Assembly (NCBI GenBank): GCA_035763525.1
Contig: DASUAX010000089.1
Location: 884-64,883 of the forward strand
DNA from: Gaiellaceae bacterium
GTDB lineage: Bacteria > Actinomycetota > Thermoleophilia > Gaiellales > Gaiellaceae
Direction: 5' to 3'
Length of the DNA stretch: 64,000 nucleotides
The translations under genes and the position numbers were made by a program. This document shows positions 8,529-17,239 of the stretch, one piece after another. The notes beneath the pieces are model-generated. The model did not search any database. It was not told the DNA's origin and worked only from the letters and a program-made list of their open reading frames with translations. Each line of letters opens with the position of its first letter. Position 1 is the stretch's first letter.

Positions 8529-9280
8529 GCCTCGACGAGGTCGGCGACCCGCAGGGGGCGCCGGTCGTGTACCTGCACGGCGGCGGCGACTCGCGACTCT
8601 CGCGTCATCCGGACGACTCGATCGCCGCCGCGCTCGGGGTGCGGCTGCTCGCGGTCGACCGCTGCGGGCCGGCGCGACGGCTTCCCTCGCTGCGGGCCTG
8701 GGGGGAGGGGCTCGCGGCCGCGCTCCCGGTCGAGCGGTTCGGGGTCGTCGGGTGGTCGGCGGGTGGGCCGCACGCGCTCGCACTCGCGGCCGCTGCGCCG
8801 GAGCGGGTGACGCGCGTCGCGCTCGTCGGCTCGATGCCGCCGCCCGACCTGACGCGCCACCTTGCGCGCGAGGTGCGCGCGGTGATGCGTGTCGCGCGCG
8901 TCTCGCCGCGCCTCGCGGCGCGCTCGCTCGAGCGCTGGGGAAGGAAGCCGACGCCGCCGACGGGGCATCCGTCGACCGACGAGGCGTACGCGCGCGGACG
9001 GGTCGAGTCGTTTCGCCACGGCGGCCTGTGGCTCGCACGCGAGCTCGCCTACCTCGGGCGGCCCTGGGGGTTCGACGTGGCCGAGGTGACGGCGCCGGTG
9101 ACGCTCTGGTGGGGCGAGCGCGACCGCGTCTGCCTGCCGCCGATCGCGGAGGCGTATCTCGAGCGGCTGCCGCGCGCCGAGCTGCGGCTCGTCGACGACA
9201 CGCATCAGCTCCTCTTCACCCGCTGGGGCGAGATCCTCGCGGACGCGGCCGGTCGGGACGTGGCGGGGGACAGTCCCTGA
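8466..9280 (+). CDS. alpha/beta hydrolase (start uncertain)
   Basis: The frame contains PVVYLHGGGDS and the nucleophile elbow VVGWSAGG. GTG 8466 is the nearest in-frame ATG/GTG/TTG start I found (hand scan) upstream of the conserved core. Confidence 0.75.
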
Positions 9281-9296
9281 ACATGTCTGAAGGGGG

Positions 9297-9323
9297 CATG
9301 TCCAGGGACAGTCCCTGGACATG
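9297..9323. terminator. perfect 27-nt palindrome between convergent genes (possible bidirectional terminator)
   Basis: CATGTCCAGGGAC-A-GTCCCTGGACATG. A partial direct copy, GGGACAGTCCCTGAACATG, lies at 9267-9285. No U-tract. Confidence 0.35.
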
Positions 9324-9333
9324 GCTCCAACAG

Positions 9334-9921
9334 TCAGCGTGGCGGCCTGAGCGCGGCGAACTCGTCCGTCACCTCGAGGCGCTGCGAGGCGAAGCGGAAG
9401 AGCGACGCTGGGCGGCCGCCGGTGCGGCCCGGCGCGCGGTGCCCCTCGACGCGCTCGAGCGCGCCTCGACGGAGCAGCACGCGCTGCAGGTTCGTCGCCG
9501 ACACGTCGTGGCCGAGCGCCGCGCGGTACACGTCGCGGAGCTCCGAGATCGTGAACACCTCCGGCGCGAGCGCGAAGCCGAGGTTCGTGTACGAGAGCTT
9601 CGCGCGCAAACGCGCCTGCGCCACGGCGACGAGCTCGCGCTCGTCGGCCGGCAAGCGTGCGCTGATGCGGCGCCAGTCCGAGGGTGCGGCCGCGTCGGGT
9701 CGCACCAGCCCGAGGTACACCGTCGCAAGCGTCCCGTCGCGCAGCACACGCGTCTCGAGCTGCTCGACGTGCGCGAACGAGCCGACGTCGACCGCCCGCC
9801 CGAGCGCGGCCTCGAGCGGCTCGCGCGGCTCCCGCTCGACGCGTCGCACGAGCGTCGCGAGCTGCCCCTCGTGCACGCTCATCGCGACGGCGACGACGGC
9901 ATGGGAAGTACAATCCCGCAT
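9334..9921 (-). CDS. NrtR-like (Nudix-related) transcriptional regulator with degenerate Nudix domain
   Basis: 195 aa. C-terminal SYTNLGFALAPEVFTISELRDVYRAALGHDVSATNLQRVLLRRGALERV...GGRPASLFRF matches the NrtR winged-helix module. I found no intact Nudix box in the N-terminal half. Confidence 0.65.
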   Translation of the reverse strand: MRDCTSHAVVAVAMSVHEGQLATLVRRVEREPREPLEAALGRAVDVGSFAHVEQLETRVLRDGTLATVYLGLVRPDAAAPSDWRRISARLPADERELVAVAQARLRAKLSYTNLGFALAPEVFTISELRDVYRAALGHDVSATNLQRVLLRRGALERVEGHRAPGRTGGRPASLFRFASQRLEVTDEFAALRPPR

Positions 9922-9948
9922 AGGTTTTCGTCCCGCAGTCTAAAACCT
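9922..9948. promoter_or_regulatory. inverted repeat, candidate operator in the nrtR-like/bmp divergent region
   Basis: AGGTTTT-N13-AAAACCT lies immediately upstream of GGGAGG and the GTG start at 9959. Confidence 0.3.
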
Positions 9949-9958
9949 GGGAGGTCTC

Positions 9959-11008
9959 GTGAAGCGTCTCATCTCGCTCGCCGTGCTCGCCGTCGCGATC
10001 GCGGCCGTCGCCGCCGGCTGCGGCTCGAGCAAGTCGGGCTCGGGGACGACCACCACGACCGCTACGACGACGTCGCAGGGCGGCGGCGGTGGGACGTTCA
10101 AGGTCGGCCTCTCCACCGACACCGGCGGCCTCAACGACCGCAGCTTCAACCACCTCGCCTACGTGGGCCTGCAGCAGGCGGGCAAGGAGCTCGGCGTGCA
10201 GACGCGAGTCGTCACCGCAGCCTCGCCGGCGGACTACATCCCGAACCTGACCGCGCTCGCGCGGCAGCACTACGACCTGATCATCGGCGTCGGCTTCACC
10301 GAGATCAACGCGATGAAGGCCGTCGCGAAGAACTTCCCCTCGAGCCACTTCGCGATCGTCGACGTGTCGAACGCCGACGAGGGCGGCCTGAAGAACGTCC
10401 AGGGCCTGCTCTTCAAGGAGCAGGAGGCGGGCTACCTCGCCGGCTACGCGGCCGGCCTCGCCGCCAAGGACCGCGGCGGCAACACGGTCTCGTCCGTCGG
10501 CGGGATGAAGCAGCCGCCGGTCGATCGCTACATCGCCGGCTACCAGGCGGGCGCGAAGGCGGCGTTCCCGGGCGTGCACACGCTCAACGGCTACTCGCAG
10601 GACTTCGAGAAGCAGGCGCTCTGCAAGGAGGTCGCGCTCAACCAGATCGCCGCCGGCTCCGTCGTCGTCTTCCAGGTCGCGGGCGGCTGCGGCCTCGGTG
10701 CGCTCGACGCGGCGAAGGGCAAGAACGTCTGGGGCGTCGGCGTCGACGCCGACCAGTCCTACCTCGGCGACTACATCCTCACCTCGGCGCTGAAGCGCGT
10801 CGACACCTCGGTCTTCGACGCGATCAAGGACGCCAAGGAAGGCAACTTCAAGGGCGGCACCGATACGATCTACGGCCTCGACGTGAACGGCGTAGGCATC
10901 GGCAAGTTCTCGCCGAAGACGCCGAAAGGCATTCCGGCCAAGGTCGCCCAGGTGAAGCAGGAGATCGCCTCCGGGAAGATCAAGAACATCCCGACGACGG
11001 TCAAGTAG
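9959..11008 (+). CDS. BMP-family (PnrA/Med-like) ABC substrate-binding lipoprotein
   Basis: 349 aa. Lipobox AAGCGSS, Thr/Gly linker, then FKVGLSTDTGGLNDRSFN typical of BMP nucleoside-binding proteins. Confidence 0.9.
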   Translation: MKRLISLAVLAVAIAAVAAGCGSSKSGSGTTTTTATTTSQGGGGGTFKVGLSTDTGGLNDRSFNHLAYVGLQQAGKELGVQTRVVTAASPADYIPNLTALARQHYDLIIGVGFTEINAMKAVAKNFPSSHFAIVDVSNADEGGLKNVQGLLFKEQEAGYLAGYAAGLAAKDRGGNTVSSVGGMKQPPVDRYIAGYQAGAKAAFPGVHTLNGYSQDFEKQALCKEVALNQIAAGSVVVFQVAGGCGLGALDAAKGKNVWGVGVDADQSYLGDYILTSALKRVDTSVFDAIKDAKEGNFKGGTDTIYGLDVNGVGIGKFSPKTPKGIPAKVAQVKQEIASGKIKNIPTTVK

Positions 11009-11031
11009 CGGGCCGCGATTACGCTGGTCGG

Positions 11032-11940
11032 ATGAGCCGCTCGGCAGGGATAGCGCTCGTCGCGGTCGCGGCGGCGCTCTGGGGCCTCGACGCCTGGATC
11101 CGCGCGCCGCTCGCGCAGACGACGGCGGTCGCGACGATCGTCTTCGGCGAGCACCTCGTGCTCGTGGTGCTGACGCTGCCGCTCCTCGCGGGCGCGACGG
11201 CGGCCGTCCTCCGGCTCGGCTGGCGGCACGTGCTCGCGGCGTTCGTCATCGGGGCAGGCTCGTCTGCGGTCGCGACGATCCTCTTCACGCAGGCGTTCGT
11301 CGACGGTCACGACTTCGTGACGCCGGTCGTGCTGCAGAAGGTGCAGCCGGTGATCGCGGTCGTCGCCGCCACCGTGGTGCTCGGCGAGCGCCCGCACGCC
11401 CGCTTCGCCGCGTACTTCGTCCCGGCCCTCGCGGGCGCCTGGCTGATCGGTGTCCCGCACCCGTTCCATCCGTCGGTGCACGGCCTGCGGCCGACGCTGT
11501 ACGCGCTCGGGGCCGCCGCCCTCTGGGCGCTCGGCACCGTGCTTGGCCGGTACCTCGCCCGCGACCTGCGCTTCGAGCACGTGGCGACGCTCCGCTTCGC
11601 GTTCGGCCTGCCGGCGAGCGCCGTCGCGTTGCTCGTCCTCGGCACGCCGGCGTTCGCCTCCGGGCACGACACGCTCTGGATCGCAGTGCTCGCGTTCGTC
11701 ACCGGCTTCCTCGCCCTCGGCCTCTACTACTACGGCCTGCGCTCCATCCCGGCCGTCGCCGCGACGCTCGCCGAGCTCGCCTTCCCGGTGAGCGCGATCC
11801 TGGTCGGCTACTTCAAGTTCGGGCAGGCGCTCTCCGGGTGGCAATGGATCGGCGTCGTGCTGACGAGCCTCGTCGTCGTGCTGCTGCCGGCGAAGCCGGT
11901 GGAGCGGACTGCGCTCGTGCCGGCAACAGCTCCCGCGTGA
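11032..11940 (+). CDS. EamA/DMT-family transporter
   Basis: ATG 11032 (MSRSAGIALVAVAAALWGLD...). About 10 hydrophobic helices and a duplicated EamA pattern. It is the last part of the composite 1062-aa track ORF. Confidence 0.85.
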   Translation: MSRSAGIALVAVAAALWGLDAWIRAPLAQTTAVATIVFGEHLVLVVLTLPLLAGATAAVLRLGWRHVLAAFVIGAGSSAVATILFTQAFVDGHDFVTPVVLQKVQPVIAVVAATVVLGERPHARFAAYFVPALAGAWLIGVPHPFHPSVHGLRPTLYALGAAALWALGTVLGRYLARDLRFEHVATLRFAFGLPASAVALLVLGTPAFASGHDTLWIAVLAFVTGFLALGLYYYGLRSIPAVAATLAELAFPVSAILVGYFKFGQALSGWQWIGVVLTSLVVVLLPAKPVERTALVPATAPA

Positions 11941-13328
11941 TGTCGAGGCCGAGCGTGCTGCCGGGCGCCGCGCCCGCGTGGTGGATCCAGGACGCGGACG
12001 ACGGCGACCGCTCGGCGCCGCTCGCGGCCGACCTGGACGTCGACGTGGCGATCGTCGGCGGCGGGTTCACCGGCCTCTGGACGGCGCTCGCGCTGCGCGC
12101 TCACGACGACCCGCCGCGCGTCGCGCTGCTCGAGGCCGAGTTCTGCGGCTGGGGGCCGAGCGGCCGCAACGGCGGCTTCTGCCACGGGTACTGGTCGTAC
12201 CTGCCGACGCTGCGGGAGCTGTTCGGCGACGCGGCGGCTCTCGAGCTCTGCCGCGCCGGCGACCGGATCGTCCCGGGTATCCGCTCGTTCCTCGTCGATC
12301 GCGGCGAGGATGCGTGGCTGCGCGAGGGCGGGATGCTGCAGGTGTCGGCGACGCCTTCACAGGACGCGGCCGTCGACGCGCACGTCGCGGCCGCACGTGA
12401 GGTCGGTCATCCCGACGAGGCGGTGCTGCGCGAGTCGCCGGGCATCTCGCCGCGCTTCCGCCGCGCCGCCTTCTATCGCGACGGTGCGACGGTGCACCCG
12501 GCGCGGCTCGTGCGTGCGCTCCGTCGTGCGGCGCTCGCGGACGGCGTCGCCCTCTACGAGGGGACGCGCGCCCGGCTGCGATCCGACGGCACGCTCGAGG
12601 CGAACGGCCGCACCGTGCGCGCCCGCGACGTCGTCGTCGCGACGAACGCCGCCGGCGCGGAGTGGCGGCCGGTACGCGGTCGCCTCACCGTGTTCGGGAG
12701 CTACGTCGTGCTCACGGAGCCGGTCCCCGACCTGCTCGACGCGATCGGGTGGACGGGCGGGGAGGCGATCTACGACTCGCGGATGTTCCTGCACTACTTC
12801 CGCACGACGGAGGACGGTCGGGTGCTGATGGGCTCCGGGTCCGGCCCGATCGGCCGCGGCGCGCGCATCGACCGTCGCTTCACGCACGACGCGCCGACCG
12901 CAGCGCGGGCGGAGGAGGGCCTTCGCCGGCTGCTGCCCGCGCTCTCGGAGGCACGCGTCGAGGCGTCCTGGGGCGGGCCGATCGACGTCTCGGCCGACCA
13001 CGTGCCGTTCATCGGCACCGTGCGGGGCACGCGCGTCCATTACGCCCTCGGCTTCTCCGGGCACGGCGTCGGGCCGTCGTGGCTCGCCGGCCGTGCGCTC
13101 GCGTCGCTCGCGCGCGGCGCGGAGGACGAGTGGACACGGCTCCCGCTCGTCGACCGCCGCGTCGCGACGGTGCCGCGAGAGCCGTTCCGGCATCTCGGCG
13201 GCTCTGCGATTCGCGCAGCGATCCTCGCGCTCGAGGAGGCGGAGGAGCACGGCCGCCGCCCGCCGCGCCCGGCGCGAGCGGTCGCCGCGGTGCCGCGCCT
13301 GCTCGGGATGCGCCTCGGCCAGCGCTAG
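11940..13328 (+). CDS. FAD-dependent oxidoreductase (DAO family, gamma-glutamylputrescine-oxidase-like)
   Basis: ATG 11940 overlaps the EamA stop. Has the dinucleotide motif DVAIVGGGFTGLWTALAL. Confidence 0.85.
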   Translation: MSRPSVLPGAAPAWWIQDADDGDRSAPLAADLDVDVAIVGGGFTGLWTALALRAHDDPPRVALLEAEFCGWGPSGRNGGFCHGYWSYLPTLRELFGDAAALELCRAGDRIVPGIRSFLVDRGEDAWLREGGMLQVSATPSQDAAVDAHVAAAREVGHPDEAVLRESPGISPRFRRAAFYRDGATVHPARLVRALRRAALADGVALYEGTRARLRSDGTLEANGRTVRARDVVVATNAAGAEWRPVRGRLTVFGSYVVLTEPVPDLLDAIGWTGGEAIYDSRMFLHYFRTTEDGRVLMGSGSGPIGRGARIDRRFTHDAPTAARAEEGLRRLLPALSEARVEASWGGPIDVSADHVPFIGTVRGTRVHYALGFSGHGVGPSWLAGRALASLARGAEDEWTRLPLVDRRVATVPREPFRHLGGSAIRAAILALEEAEEHGRRPPRPARAVAAVPRLLGMRLGQR

Positions 13329-13370
13329 CGGGAGCTCGTTGCGCTTTTGCACAGCCGACACGGCTGTCGG

Positions 13371-13400
13371 TTGACGAAATGCGCAGTCGTCGTGTAGAAA
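13371..13400 (+). promoter_or_regulatory. candidate sigma-70-type promoter giving a leaderless lrp-like mRNA
   Basis: TTGACG (13371-13376), an 18-nt spacer, then TAGAAA (13395-13400). The GTG start codon is at 13408, and there is no Shine-Dalgarno between them. Confidence 0.3.
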
Positions 13401-13407
13401 CCCGCGC

Positions 13408-13914
13408 GTGCCGCTCCCCGACCCGACGCGTGGCCCCGTCACGCGGCCCCGGTCGCTCGACGCGACCGACCGCGCGATCATCGAGGCGCTGCAGTCGAAC
13501 GGCCGGGCGTCCTTCCGCGGCGTCGCCTCGCGGATCGGCGTCGCCGAGGGGACGGTCAGGGCTCGCTATGCGCGACTCGTCGAGGACGGCATCCTCCAGG
13601 TCACCGGAGTCACGAACCCGCTCGGCCTCGGCTTCGAGGCGATGGCGATGATCGGGATCAAGACGACCGGGAGCCCGGAGCCGGTCGCGGACGCGATCGC
13701 GGGGTGGGAGGAGGCGAGCTACGTCGTCGTCACGGCCGGGAGCTTCGACGTGCTCGTCGAGGTCGTCTGCGTCGACCGCCGCCACCTGCTCGAGCTGACG
13801 ACGCGGGCGCGCGCCACTCCCGGTGTGGCGACCACCGAGACGTTCCTCTACCTCGATCTCGCGAAGCAGGTCTTCGCCTGGGGCACGCACATGGACAACG
13901 GCGCCGCCGCATGA
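13408..13914 (+). CDS. Lrp/AsnC-family transcriptional regulator
   Basis: 168 aa. LDATDRAIIEALQSNGRASFRGVASRIGVAEGTVRARYARLVEDGIL HTH plus a C-terminal AsnC ligand domain. Confidence 0.9.
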   Translation: MPLPDPTRGPVTRPRSLDATDRAIIEALQSNGRASFRGVASRIGVAEGTVRARYARLVEDGILQVTGVTNPLGLGFEAMAMIGIKTTGSPEPVADAIAGWEEASYVVVTAGSFDVLVEVVCVDRRHLLELTTRARATPGVATTETFLYLDLAKQVFAWGTHMDNGAAA

Positions 13915-14047
13915 CCGTAGGCTCGACGGAGCTCATCACCGGCGTAGGCTCGACGGAGCCGGCAAGGAGCGGAGGTTGCGGCTTTGCCGCCGCCGAGGCG
14001 GATGCAGAGCGGAGGCGGCGGCTTTGCCGCCGCCCGGAGCCGGAATC
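13915..14047 (+). repeat. intergenic repeat element, internally duplicated copy
   Basis: CGTAGGCTCGACGGAGC occurs at 13916 and 13943. GAGCGGAGG..GCGGCTTTGCCGCCGCC occurs at 13967 and 14007. The same modules occur at 57294-57357 and in diverged form at 17169-17239. Confidence 0.7.
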
Positions 14048-15112
14048 ATGACCGTGCACGACGTGAGGCTCGAGAACGTCACGAAGCAGTTCGCCGACGT
14101 GACCGCGGTGGACGAGATGTCGCTCGACGTCGAGAGCGGCAAGTTCTACGCCTTCCTCGGGCCGTCGGGCTGCGGCAAGACGACCACGCTGCGGATGATC
14201 GGCGGCTTCGAGGAGCCGACGGAGGGGACGATCTACCTCGGCGACCGAACGGTCACGGGGCTGCCGCCGTACAAACGAGACGTCAACACCGTCTTCCAGA
14301 GCTACGCCCTCTTCCCGCATCTCACCGTCTTCGAGAACGTCGCCTTCGGCCTTCGCCGCAGGCGCGTCAAGAAGCAGCTGCTGCGTGGTCAGGTCGAGGA
14401 GATGCTGCGCATCGTCGGGCTCGAGGGCTACGGCGGGCGCCGCCCGAAGCAGCTCTCGGGAGGCCAGCAGCAGCGGGTCGCGCTCGCGAGGGCGCTCGTC
14501 AACCGCCCGCGCGTGCTGCTCCTCGACGAGCCGCTCGGGGCGCTCGACCTGAAGCTCCGCAAGGAGATGCAGCTCGAGCTGAAGCGCATCCAGCACGAGA
14601 TGGGCTTCACGTTCATTCACGTGACGCACGACCAGGAGGAGGCCATGACGATGGCCGATCGCATCGTCGTCATGAACCGCGGCCGGATCGAGCAGCTCGG
14701 CGACCCTGCCGAGCTGTACGAACGGCCGCGCACGGCGTTCGTCGCGAGCTTCCTCGGCGTCTCGAACCTGCTCGGCGGCGTCGTGGCCGGGCCGGAGCTC
14801 GTGCGGCTCGAGAGCGGCCAGGAGCTGCGTGTCGCGGCCGGGGTGCTGAACGGGCATACGGGGCCCGTCTCGGTCGGCATCCGGCCGGAGAAGGTGAGGA
14901 TCGGCGGCGACGGCGTGAACCGCCTCGCCGGGCAGATCGTCGAGCGGGCCTACGTCGGCGTCTCGACGCAGTACGTCGTCAAGACGGACGTCGGGCAGGT
15001 GAGCGTGTACGTGCAGGGAGCGGGCGAGCACGTGCCCGGCGAGCAGCTCCAGCTGTCGTTCGCGCCCGAGTCAGCATTCGTCGTTTCCAGATCGGAGGAG
15101 GATCGCCCATGA
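14048..15112 (+). CDS. potA: spermidine/putrescine-type ABC transporter ATP-binding protein
   Basis: ATG 14048. Walker A GPSGCGKTT, signature LSGGQQQRVALARAL, Walker B LLLDEP, and a C-terminal TOBE-like domain. Confidence 0.9.
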   Translation: MTVHDVRLENVTKQFADVTAVDEMSLDVESGKFYAFLGPSGCGKTTTLRMIGGFEEPTEGTIYLGDRTVTGLPPYKRDVNTVFQSYALFPHLTVFENVAFGLRRRRVKKQLLRGQVEEMLRIVGLEGYGGRRPKQLSGGQQQRVALARALVNRPRVLLLDEPLGALDLKLRKEMQLELKRIQHEMGFTFIHVTHDQEEAMTMADRIVVMNRGRIEQLGDPAELYERPRTAFVASFLGVSNLLGGVVAGPELVRLESGQELRVAAGVLNGHTGPVSVGIRPEKVRIGGDGVNRLAGQIVERAYVGVSTQYVVKTDVGQVSVYVQGAGEHVPGEQLQLSFAPESAFVVSRSEEDRP

Positions 15113-16293
15113 GCGAGACCCAGTTCACCCGGCAGGATCTACTGCGGCGCGCCGTCGCGGGCAGCGCGCTCCTCAGCGTCCCAGGCCTCCTCGCTGCCTG
15201 CGGCGGCGGCTCGAAGTCGGGCGCCGGCACGACGGCGGCCACCACGACGGGCGGCGGCGCGAAGACGCTGCCGAAGACGATCACGTTCTCGAACTGGCCG
15301 CTCTACATCGACGTCAACGAGAAGACGAAGACGCACCCGTCGCTCGTCCAGTTCCAGAAGCACTACGGCGTCAAGGTCAAGTACCTCGAGGACATCAACG
15401 ACAACGACAGCTTCTTCGGGAAGATCGAAGGGCCGCTCTCGCAGGGGCAGTCGATCGGCCGCGACATCATCGTGCTCACCGACTCGTCCGGCCTGCCCGG
15501 CCGCATGATCGAGCTCGGCTGGCTCCAGAAGCTCGACAAGTCGGCGATCCCGAACTTCAAGAACCTGCAGCCGACGCTTCGCCACCCGAACTGGGACGAG
15601 AACCGCGACTACAGCTTGCCGTGGCAGTCGGGCATGACCGGCATCGGCTACGACCCGAAGCTGACGGGCGGCGACGTCACGTCCCTGAAGGAGCTCCTCA
15701 CCAACCCGAAGCTGAAAGGGAAGGTGACGATGCTGACGGAGATGGCCGACTCGGTCGGCGCGGTCATGCTGATGAACGGCGACGACCCTTCGCACGTCAC
15801 CGATGCGTCCTTCAACAAGGCGATCGACACGATGAAGAAGGCGGTCTCGTCGGGTCAGATCCGTCAGTTCACCGGCAACGACTACGCGCCGCTGCTCGCG
15901 AAGGGCGACATCCACGCGTGCCTCGCGTGGTCGGGCGACATGGTGCAGCTGCAGGCGGACCACCCGGGGCTCAAGTGGGTGCTGCCGGACACCGGCGGCA
16001 TGATCTGGACCGACCAGATGCTGATCCCGAAGGGCGGCAACGCGTATGCCGCCTCCGTGGTCATGAACTGGTTCTACCGCCCGCAGATCGCGGCGGAGGT
16101 CGAGGACTACGTCAACTACATCTGCCCGGTCGTCGGCGCCGACAAGGTGCTCGAGAAGACGGACCCGGCGATCGCGAAGAACCCGCTCATCTTCCCGACG
16201 AAGGCGATGCTGGCGAACACGCACCAGTTCGACGCGAAGGCGCTCAACAACCAGAAGTACAAGAAGGCGTTCCAGGCGCTCATCGCCGGCTGA
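15109..16293 (+). CDS. potD: polyamine-type ABC substrate-binding protein (Tat/lipoprotein signal)
   Basis: ATGA overlap with potA. TRQDLLRRAVAGSALLSVPGLLAACGGG signal. PotD/PotF-like body (FSNWPLYID, LPWQSGMTGIGY). Confidence 0.85.
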   Translation: MSETQFTRQDLLRRAVAGSALLSVPGLLAACGGGSKSGAGTTAATTTGGGAKTLPKTITFSNWPLYIDVNEKTKTHPSLVQFQKHYGVKVKYLEDINDNDSFFGKIEGPLSQGQSIGRDIIVLTDSSGLPGRMIELGWLQKLDKSAIPNFKNLQPTLRHPNWDENRDYSLPWQSGMTGIGYDPKLTGGDVTSLKELLTNPKLKGKVTMLTEMADSVGAVMLMNGDDPSHVTDASFNKAIDTMKKAVSSGQIRQFTGNDYAPLLAKGDIHACLAWSGDMVQLQADHPGLKWVLPDTGGMIWTDQMLIPKGGNAYAASVVMNWFYRPQIAAEVEDYVNYICPVVGADKVLEKTDPAIAKNPLIFPTKAMLANTHQFDAKALNNQKYKKAFQALIAG

Positions 16294-16305
16294 GGGCAGC
16301 GACGT

Positions 16306-17168
16306 TGCGCCTGCTGCACCGTCAGAAGGGAGCGATCCCGTACATGCTGCTCGCGCCGGGCATGGCGTGGCTGCTCGTCTTCTTCGTGGTGCCGATGTGG
16401 TACCTCGCGAAGATGTCGCTGTCGTCGGGGCTGTTCCCCCTGTTCAACTTCGGTTGGGCGTGGGGGAACTTCCACGACGCGATCAGCCTGTACCAGACGC
16501 AGTTCGTCCGCTCCGGTCAGTACGCGGCGATCGCGACGGCGATTGCGCTCGTCGTCTCGTATCCGCTCGCCTACTGGATCGCATTTCGCGGCGGCCGCTG
16601 GAAGAACCTCTTCCTGCTGCTCGTGATCGCGCCGTTCTTCGTCACGTACCTGATCCGCACGCTCGCGTGGCAGACCATCCTCGCCGACAACGGCGTGATC
16701 GTGAAGACGCTGCAGCACGTCGGCATCCTCGGGTCCGACGGGCGCCTGCTCGCAACCTCGGCGGCGGTGATCGCGGGCATCACCTACAACTTCCTGCCGT
16801 TCATGGTGCTCCCGCTCTACGTGAGCCTGGAGCAGATCGACCAGCGGCTCATCGAGGCGGCCGAGGACCTGTACGCGTCGAAGCCGCGCGCGTTCCTGCG
16901 CGTGACGTTCCCTCTCTCCCTGCCGGGCGTCTTCGCCGGCGTGCTCCTGACGTTCATCCCGGCGGCCGGCGACTTCATCAACGCGCAGCTGCTCGGCACG
17001 CCGCGCCAGTACATGATCGGGAACGTCATCCAGTCGGAGTTCCTCGCCGTGCGCGACTACCCGACCGCGGCGGCGCTTTCGTTCGTGCTGATGGCGGCGA
17101 TCCTCGTGCTCGTCCTCGTCTTCGCGCGGATTCTCGGCACCGAGCGACTGACGGTGTCGCACGTATGA
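16306..17168 (+). CDS. potB: polyamine-type ABC permease
   Basis: TTG 16306 is the likely start (ATG 16343 is the alternative). Has the EAA loop IEAAEDLYASKPRAFLRVTFPLSLPG. Confidence 0.85.
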
Positions 17169-17239
17169 GGCGTAGACCCGCCGGAGCCGAGCAAAGAGCG
17201 CGGTCGGCTTTGCCGGCGCCGGAGCGGGCTTTCAGGTGG
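17169..17239 (+). repeat. diverged copy of the intergenic repeat element
   Basis: CGTAGACCCGCCGGAGC ... CGGTCGGCTTTGCCGGCGCCGGAGCGGG. The 3' half is nearly identical to 57331-57356. Confidence 0.55.

Noticed and set aside
8174-10579. 801-aa minus-strand ORF and the 1062-aa plus-strand ORF 8752-11940.
   Set aside because: Both cross several independently supported genes (hydrolase, nrtR-like, bmp). Only the last 302 codons of 8752-11940 (the EamA transporter from ATG 11032) look real. The rest is Arg-rich shadow sequence.
13704-14051. 115-aa ORF overlapping the lrp-like gene and the repeat.
   Set aside because: Its first two-thirds is an out-of-frame overlap of the well-supported Lrp/AsnC gene. 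Only the last 46 codons (from ATG 13911) are discussed, as a repeat-encoded mini-ORF.
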